Shown: piece by piece, positions 58,522-64,000 of the stretch | How positions within the stretch are numbered: position 1 is the first letter of the stretch | How the letters are laid out: each line of letters starts with the position of its first letter | DNA from: Gammaproteobacteria bacterium | Lineage (GTDB): Bacteria > Pseudomonadota > Gammaproteobacteria > Eutrophobiales > Eutrophobiaceae | NCBI GenBank assembly: GCA_965243205.1 | Contig: CBDEUK010000002.1 | Coordinates: 1,664,001-1,728,000, forward strand | Direction: 5' to 3' | DNA: 64,000 nt | Translations under genes and position numbers: made by a program | The notes under the pieces: model-generated | Database searches by the model: none | What the model was told of the DNA's origin: nothing | Seen by the model: the letters and a program-made list of their open reading frames with translations, nothing else

Positions 58522-59640
58522 GTGGCTGACAATACTAATCACAATATAACTACGAATAATGAATCTTTTTTATTAAAACTTGCTGAGGGGATTCATGATG
58601 AATGGTTAATCCATGCTCCTGAAATCCTGCACGAACAGCTACATCCTTGTTACATCAATTCGGTTGCGTATTTAGTAACCCGAAAAGGATTAAAACAAGA
58701 ATACCCTGAAGCCTATCGAACACTGGTTTCTATCTCGGATAAATATGGCATTCGAGTCTTTGAAGACAGAAGGAATTCTATTAAGGCTGTTAAGTATGAT
58801 AAGCGTAAGAAATTAACTTTAACTGTCGGGCTAATGTTAGGAATGGTCGTTAAAACACCAGCCTTAGCTGATCAAACTTTTGATAGTAATCACATCCCTC
58901 AAACTCAGACAGTTGCTTTAACAAATGGAGATAATAATGAACTCAATTTATCTACCCACTTGATAGCAAGTAAAAGTGCTAACGGTAAGATTCGCATCGG
59001 GAATCGCAAACTAAAAAAAGAAAAAAACAATCATCTTGTAAAAGAAATCATGTCCTGTTTTCAACGAGGTTCTCTAGATAACCTTGTTTGCAAACAACCA
59101 AATCAAATTCAGGTTAAAGCTGTCGAAAAAATACTACTGAATCACTTAAACAACCATTCAAGCAAAGATGAAAAAATTATAAAAGACATAGCCTATTACT
59201 ATGCGCAATATCCAGAAGTAGCAAATTTAATTAAATCTCTTGCTGAGTATAACTGGACATTAAACATTCAAAACAAAACATGGCAAGCCAGCGCAAAAAT
59301 CCAACATGGCAGCGTCCAGCAGGTCGATGTTTATTTCGATCCAAAAACAGCAGCACAAATGTTAGCCATTAAAAACTGCTCAAGTAATCCTATCTGTACC
59401 GTATCACCTGCTGATGCTTTATTACATGAACTATTACATGCCTATATCATGCTCAGCGAACCAACAGAATATGCACAAGAACATTCTCATGCCTTGTACC
59501 CAATGGAACATGAACATGACATCATTAAAATGGAAAACAAGCTTTACTCAAAAATGAGTAAAATAGATGGATTACCTCGGCCAAATCGCCATAAGCACCA
59601 AGCGTCTTTGGTTGCGGTGAAATGTCCGGTATGTATATAA
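58522..59640 (+). CDS. Hypothetical zincin-like (HExxH) protein
   Basis: LLHELLHA, then E...EN.L....GLP.P.R, C-terminal CPVC, and an internal hydrophobic segment. Confidence 0.6.
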   Translation: MADNTNHNITTNNESFLLKLAEGIHDEWLIHAPEILHEQLHPCYINSVAYLVTRKGLKQEYPEAYRTLVSISDKYGIRVFEDRRNSIKAVKYDKRKKLTLTVGLMLGMVVKTPALADQTFDSNHIPQTQTVALTNGDNNELNLSTHLIASKSANGKIRIGNRKLKKEKNNHLVKEIMSCFQRGSLDNLVCKQPNQIQVKAVEKILLNHLNNHSSKDEKIIKDIAYYYAQYPEVANLIKSLAEYNWTLNIQNKTWQASAKIQHGSVQQVDVYFDPKTAAQMLAIKNCSSNPICTVSPADALLHELLHAYIMLSEPTEYAQEHSHALYPMEHEHDIIKMENKLYSKMSKIDGLPRPNRHKHQASLVAVKCPVCI

Positions 59641-59658
59641 CAAAGAATTTAGATGAGA

Positions 59659-59734
59659 TGGTGGGCCGTGCGCGATTCGAACGCGCGACCAATGGATTAA
59701 AAATCCACTGCTCTACCGGCTGAGCTAACGGCCC
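59659..59734 (-). tRNA. tRNA-Lys(UUU)
   Basis: GGGCCGTTAGCTCAGCCGGTAGAGCAGTGGATTTTTAATCCATTGGTCGCGCGTTCGAATCGCGCACGGCCCACCA: 76 nt, TTT anticodon, encoded CCA. Confidence 0.95.
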
Positions 59735-59752
59735 TGAAAAAACGAAACGGCG

Positions 59753-59780
59753 ATAATACATTAGATTTTGAATATGGCAA
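59753..59780 (-). promoter_or_regulatory. Sigma70 promoter of the tRNA
   Basis: TTGCCA-N16-TATTAT followed by a GC-rich discriminator. Confidence 0.6.
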
Positions 59781-59894
59781 CACTAAGCCGCTGGTTTCCA
59801 TGACATTTCGTTCAAATTCCTAAGTAATTCCTTGATTTTATGCTGCAATGCCTCTATTTTCAGCGAAAATTAATACTTTTATGAGGTTTTATCT

Positions 59895-60182
59895 GTGCCC
59901 ATTTACGAATACGAATGCCAAGCTTGTGGCGAACGCATCGAAAAATTCCAAAAAATTTCCGACGACCCAATCACTCTTTGTCCTAATTGCGGCGCTGAAA
60001 AGCTACAAAAGCTGGTCTCAGCTTCTGCCTTTAAGTTAACTGGCTCAGGCTGGTATGAAACCGATTTCAAAGATAAAAAACCGAAAGCCGCCAATAAATC
60101 AGAAACCAAAAAAGCTGAATCCAGTTCATCTACAAACAAAACCGATAACAAATCATCCAAACCCAAAACTGCCAGCAAATGA
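59895..60182 (+). CDS. FmdB-family zinc-ribbon protein
   Basis: MPIYEYECQAC...CPNC...F.L.GSGWYETDF. Confidence 0.9.
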   Translation: MPIYEYECQACGERIEKFQKISDDPITLCPNCGAEKLQKLVSASAFKLTGSGWYETDFKDKKPKAANKSETKKAESSSSTNKTDNKSSKPKTASK

Positions 60183-60835
60183 TAGCGCTATTGCGTAAAT
60201 ATTTTATCGCTGGTTTATTGGTCTGGTTACCATTGGCCGCTACGGTTATTGTTATCAAACTAGCAATCGACCTATTAGATAAAACACTATTATTACTACC
60301 CCCTGAATGGCGACCAGAGGCTCTATTAGGCTTTTCTATACCAGGTTTTGGTGTTGTCATGGCAGTAAGTCTGTTAATCATAACAGGCATGTTAGCCGCC
60401 AATTTTTTTGGCAGAACGTTGGTCAAAGGCTGGGAGTCACTGCTTGGCCGCATACCGTTAGTTCGTAATATCTACACTAGCGTCAAACAAGTTTCTAACA
60501 CATTATTATCAGCAGACAGCATGTCATTTCGCAAAGTCGTGCTGACTGAATATCCGCGCAAAGGAATTTGGAGTATAGGCTTTTTAGCCAGCGATGGCTT
60601 AGAAGTAGCGAAGCAAATCGCTGGCGAAGAACTCATTTCCGTATTCATTCCTACTACACCAAACCCAACCTCGGGTTATATCGTCATGATCCCACAACAA
60701 GATGTGACTGAACTTGATATCAGTGTAGAAGATGGTTTCAAATTCATTATCTCTATGGGTGTGGTAGTTCCTGAAACTACTGCAAAAGACCTAGAAAACC
60801 AGACAAAGCTTGCGCAAAACAGCACCGACTCGTAA
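60179..60835 (+). CDS. DUF502 membrane protein
   Basis: RIP.VR.IY..VKQ, EYPRKG and F.PTTPNPTSG motifs. Confidence 0.9.
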   Translation: MIALLRKYFIAGLLVWLPLAATVIVIKLAIDLLDKTLLLLPPEWRPEALLGFSIPGFGVVMAVSLLIITGMLAANFFGRTLVKGWESLLGRIPLVRNIYTSVKQVSNTLLSADSMSFRKVVLTEYPRKGIWSIGFLASDGLEVAKQIAGEELISVFIPTTPNPTSGYIVMIPQQDVTELDISVEDGFKFIISMGVVVPETTAKDLENQTKLAQNSTDS

Positions 60836-60906
60836 GATTGCGCCCTTTGCTCCACGACATCCTCCTGGGGCGTATTTTTCACTAAATTTTAAGCTTAAGA
60901 AATACT

Positions 60907-62700
60907 ATGCGTAGTCATTATTGTGGTCATATAAACACTTCTTTAATTGACCAAGAAGTTACACTTACTGGTTGGGTTCACCGTCGTCGCGATCACGGTG
61001 GCGTTATTTTTATCGATCTTCGCGACCGTGAAGGCATTGCCCAAATCGTATTTGACCCTGATCGAGATGAAGCCTTCCAAATTGCTGACTCTGTACGCAA
61101 TGAATACGTCATCAAAATTCACGGCAAAGTCCGTAATCGTCCAGAGGGCACGATTAACCCTGAAATGCCGACAGGAGAAGTTGAAGTCTTAGGCTATGAA
61201 ATCGAAATCCTCAATAAAGCCAAAACACCACCGTTCATGCTGGACGACGACCACGTACATGATGATGTGAAATTAAAATATCGTTATGTCGACCTTAGAC
61301 GACCGAATATGCAAAACAATATTCGATTACGTGCAAAGATCTGCCAACAAATGCGTTCTTTTTTAGATGATGAAGGCTTTATTGAAGTTGAAACCCCTAT
61401 GCTTACCAAAGCAACGCCAGAAGGCGCACGCGACTATTTAGTCCCAAGTCGTACACATCAAGGTAAATTCTTCGCGCTTCCACAATCACCACAGTTATTT
61501 AAACAAATGTTGATGATGTCGGGCTTGGATCGCTATTACCAAATCGTGCGTTGTTTTCGCGATGAAGATTTACGCGCCGACCGCCAACCTGAGTTTACCC
61601 AGCTGGATATTGAAACCTCGTTTATGGACGAGGAAGGCATTACCAATATGATGGAAGGCTTGGTCTGCCAACTATTTAAAGAAGCATTAGGCGTGGAGTT
61701 ACCGCAACCATTCCCTCGTATGACCTATAAAGAAGCCATGTGGCGTTTCGGTAGCGATCGTCCTGATTTACGTAATCCATTAGAACTGGTTGAAGTTGCA
61801 GACTTGATGGAAGACGTCGAATTCAAAGTATTTTCTGGCCCGGCCAAAATGGCAGACGGTCGCGTTACTGCGCTGCGTGTTCCAAAAGGTTCTGAACTCT
61901 CACGTAAAGAGATTGATGATTACACTAACTACGTTGGTCAATACGGCGCAAAAGGTTTGGCTTATATTAAAGTCAACGATGTTTCAGCTGGTCGTGAAGG
62001 TTTGCAATCACCGATTTTAAAATTCCTACCAGATGCAACAGTCGATGGCATTCTTGAAAGAACAGGCGCTGAGACAGGCGATCTCATCTTTTTCGGAGCT
62101 GACAAGGCTAAGATAGTAAATGATGCTCTTGGCGCGTTACGAAATAGAGTCGGCGAAGACTTAGGCTTATTAGAAGGCGAGTGGAATCTGCTTTGGGTTA
62201 TCGACTTCCCAATGTTCGAATACAACGAAGATGAAAAACGTTGGGATGCTTTACATCACCCATTCACTGCACCATCGAACGAGAACCCTGAAGACTTAAA
62301 AGCTAATCCAGGTGAGGCCATTTCACGTGCTTATGACTTAGTTTTAAACGGTATCGAACTTGGCGGTGGTTCAGTGCGTATCCATAACCCGGAAATGCAA
62401 CGCACCGTATTAGAGTTATTAGGCATAGGCGCTGAAGAAGCAGAAGAAAAATTCGGTTTCCTACTCAACGCATTGGAATACGGTTGTCCTCCACACGGCG
62501 GCATTGCATTCGGTCTAGACCGTATAGTCATGATGATGTGCAAAGCTGAATCGATTCGTGAAGTGATCGCATTTCCAAAAACACAAACTGCAGCTTGTCC
62601 ATTAACCTCAGCACCTTCAGAAGCAGGCTTACGACAATTACGTGAGTTAGGCATCAAATTAGCTAAGCCTAATAAATCCGAAGAAAATAAAGAAAGCTAA
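60907..62700 (+). CDS. aspS: Aspartate--tRNA ligase (probably non-discriminating Asp/Asn)
   Basis: RRRDHGG (His of the non-discriminating type), [17 protein letters not shown] insert, [12 protein letters not shown]. Confidence 0.97.
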   Translation: MRSHYCGHINTSLIDQEVTLTGWVHRRRDHGGVIFIDLRDREGIAQIVFDPDRDEAFQIADSVRNEYVIKIHGKVRNRPEGTINPEMPTGEVEVLGYEIEILNKAKTPPFMLDDDHVHDDVKLKYRYVDLRRPNMQNNIRLRAKICQQMRSFLDDEGFIEVETPMLTKATPEGARDYLVPSRTHQGKFFALPQSPQLFKQMLMMSGLDRYYQIVRCFRDEDLRADRQPEFTQLDIETSFMDEEGITNMMEGLVCQLFKEALGVELPQPFPRMTYKEAMWRFGSDRPDLRNPLELVEVADLMEDVEFKVFSGPAKMADGRVTALRVPKGSELSRKEIDDYTNYVGQYGAKGLAYIKVNDVSAGREGLQSPILKFLPDATVDGILERTGAETGDLIFFGADKAKIVNDALGALRNRVGEDLGLLEGEWNLLWVIDFPMFEYNEDEKRWDALHHPFTAPSNENPEDLKANPGEAISRAYDLVLNGIELGGGSVRIHNPEMQRTVLELLGIGAEEAEEKFGFLLNALEYGCPPHGGIAFGLDRIVMMMCKAESIREVIAFPKTQTAACPLTSAPSEAGLRQLRELGIKLAKPNKSEENKES

Positions 62701-62713
62701 TCATTTCATCATT

Positions 62714-62738
62714 GGCGTGGAGTTTCTAAATCCACGCC
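62714..62738 (+). terminator. Hairpin after aspS
   Basis: GGCGTGGA...TCCACGCC inverted repeat with a weak U-tract. Confidence 0.45.
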
Positions 62739-62790
62739 GAATGTGTATCCTCTGTCCTATCGATGAGTTAATAAAACATAGGACTTTTAA

Positions 62791-63879
62791 ATGTCTAGCG
62801 AACAACCGTTAAACCCGCTATCACTGCCTGCTGAAAAAATTCCTGATCATCCAACGGGTGAAATCACAGAACAAGAACGTGAAGAACTGACCGCACGTAT
62901 CACCGAACTATTAGAAAAACACCAAGCTAAACTAGTCGCACATTACTATACGGATTCGGACTTACAAATCCTTGCGGATCAAACGGGTGGTTACGTTTCA
63001 GATTCTTTAGACATGGCACGTTTTGGTTATGAATCCGACGCAGAAACATTGATCGTTTGTGGCGTACGCTTCATGGGTGAGACTGCAAAGATCTTAAATC
63101 CAGAAAAACGCGTGTTAATGCCTGACTTAAACGCCAACTGTTCTTTAGATTTAGGCTGCCCGCCAAAAGAATTTGGTGAGTTCTGCGACCAACACCCAGA
63201 CCGTACAGTTGTTGTTTACGCTAATACTAGCGCAGCAGTCAAAGCCCGAGCCGATTGGATGGTTACCTCAGGCAGTGCAGTTGAAGTAATCAACCACTTA
63301 ACCGAACAAGATCATAAATTTATATGGGCCCCTGATCGCTTCTTAGGTGATTACGTCAAACGACAATCAGGTGCTGATATGATCCTATGGCAGAGCGCAT
63401 GCATCGTGCATGAAGAATTCAAAGGCAAAGAACTGGAAGAAATGCGCAAGCAATATCCTGATGCCAAAGTCTTAGTTCACCCAGAATCACCAGCCTCTGT
63501 ATTGGAACAAGCTGATGTTGTCGGTTCTACCACAGGTATTATCAAAGCAGCCGTCGAACTCGATGCGGACACCTTCATCGTTGCTACTGACCGCGGCATC
63601 TTCCATAAAATGCAAGAAGCTGCTCCAGGCAAAACCTTCATCGAAGCACCGACCGCAGGCGAAAGCGCCACCTGTAAAAGCTGCGCCCACTGCCCTTGGA
63701 TGGCCATGAACAGCTTAAAGAAACTCTGCAACATGCTTGAAAGCCTAGACGCTGGCAACACCGCTAACGAAATCCACATCGAAGAAGACATAATCGAACG
63801 AGCTAAGTTACCTATTAAACGATTGTTGGATTTTGCTGAAGAACGTAAGAAAATTATTTATGGAAATAATGATGCATAG
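62791..63879 (+). CDS. nadA: Quinolinate synthase
   Basis: AHYY, CGV.FM, CSL, YANT, C.VH, HPE and CPWM ([4Fe-4S] Cys). Confidence 0.96.
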   Translation: MSSEQPLNPLSLPAEKIPDHPTGEITEQEREELTARITELLEKHQAKLVAHYYTDSDLQILADQTGGYVSDSLDMARFGYESDAETLIVCGVRFMGETAKILNPEKRVLMPDLNANCSLDLGCPPKEFGEFCDQHPDRTVVVYANTSAAVKARADWMVTSGSAVEVINHLTEQDHKFIWAPDRFLGDYVKRQSGADMILWQSACIVHEEFKGKELEEMRKQYPDAKVLVHPESPASVLEQADVVGSTTGIIKAAVELDADTFIVATDRGIFHKMQEAAPGKTFIEAPTAGESATCKSCAHCPWMAMNSLKKLCNMLESLDAGNTANEIHIEEDIIERAKLPIKRLLDFAEERKKIIYGNNDA

Positions 63880-63941
63880 CTAACTATCCATTTGATAAGC
63901 TTTAATAGGCAATCGTCTCAATATAATCTCTAAGGTTCATC

Positions 63942-64000
63942 ATGAAACAACTAGTAATAACTTTATTATTTCTTACTTCTTTTAGTTTACACGCCTATTC
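63942..64000 (+). CDS. 5' fragment of an exported protein (cut by the window edge)
   Basis: MKQLVITLLFLTSFSLHAY..., signal-peptide-like, with a TAAGG RBS. Confidence 0.5.
   Translation, partial: MKQLVITLLFLTSFSLHAY

Noticed and set aside
59525-59761. 78-aa minus-strand ORF
   Set aside because: It reads through the tRNA-Lys gene and is an artefact.
1-64000. CRISPR arrays, IS elements, integrases, prophage or defence genes
   Set aside because: No regularly spaced repeats, and no transposase, integrase, phage or nuclease-like ORFs were recognised.

Overview
AT-rich chromosomal window from a gammaproteobacterium (gene content suggests aquatic or marine). It has five blocks. (1) A Pho locus (pstS partial, phoR, phoB, OprO/P porin) with clear 11-bp-periodic Pho boxes. 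(2) A five-gene minus-strand operon: NirB-like NADH/FAD/[2Fe-2S] protein fused to a probable di-heme-b membrane domain, an 11-heme cytochrome c, a DUF3365/Tll0287-like heme protein, cytochrome c5 and a globin. It sits behind a sigma54 promoter, NtrC-like sites and an ANTAR (NasT/NasR-type) antiterminator leader, and is the best candidate for an undescribed nitrogen-oxide-processing transmembrane electron conduit. (3) Core genes (comEA, leuS-lptE-holA-proA-nadD-rsfS-rlmH-maf, Na+-PPase, mtgA, PPi-type PFK, bepA, atypical soxYZ). (4) A ~26 kb block with Pho boxes: giant TPS pair, DUF2341-LamG-ExbB/ExbD/TonB/porin, a secreted PstS-fold protein plus a VPLPA-CTERM protein behind a c-di-GMP-I riboswitch, an RHH regulator and a stand-alone gspGHIJK pseudopilin cassette. 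It resembles the P. aeruginosa pdtAB/exbBD2/hxc/lapA locus. (5) tRNA-Lys, fmdB-like, DUF502, aspS and nadA. No CRISPR array, integrase or transposase was seen. All family assignments come from recognising motifs by eye; no searches were run.
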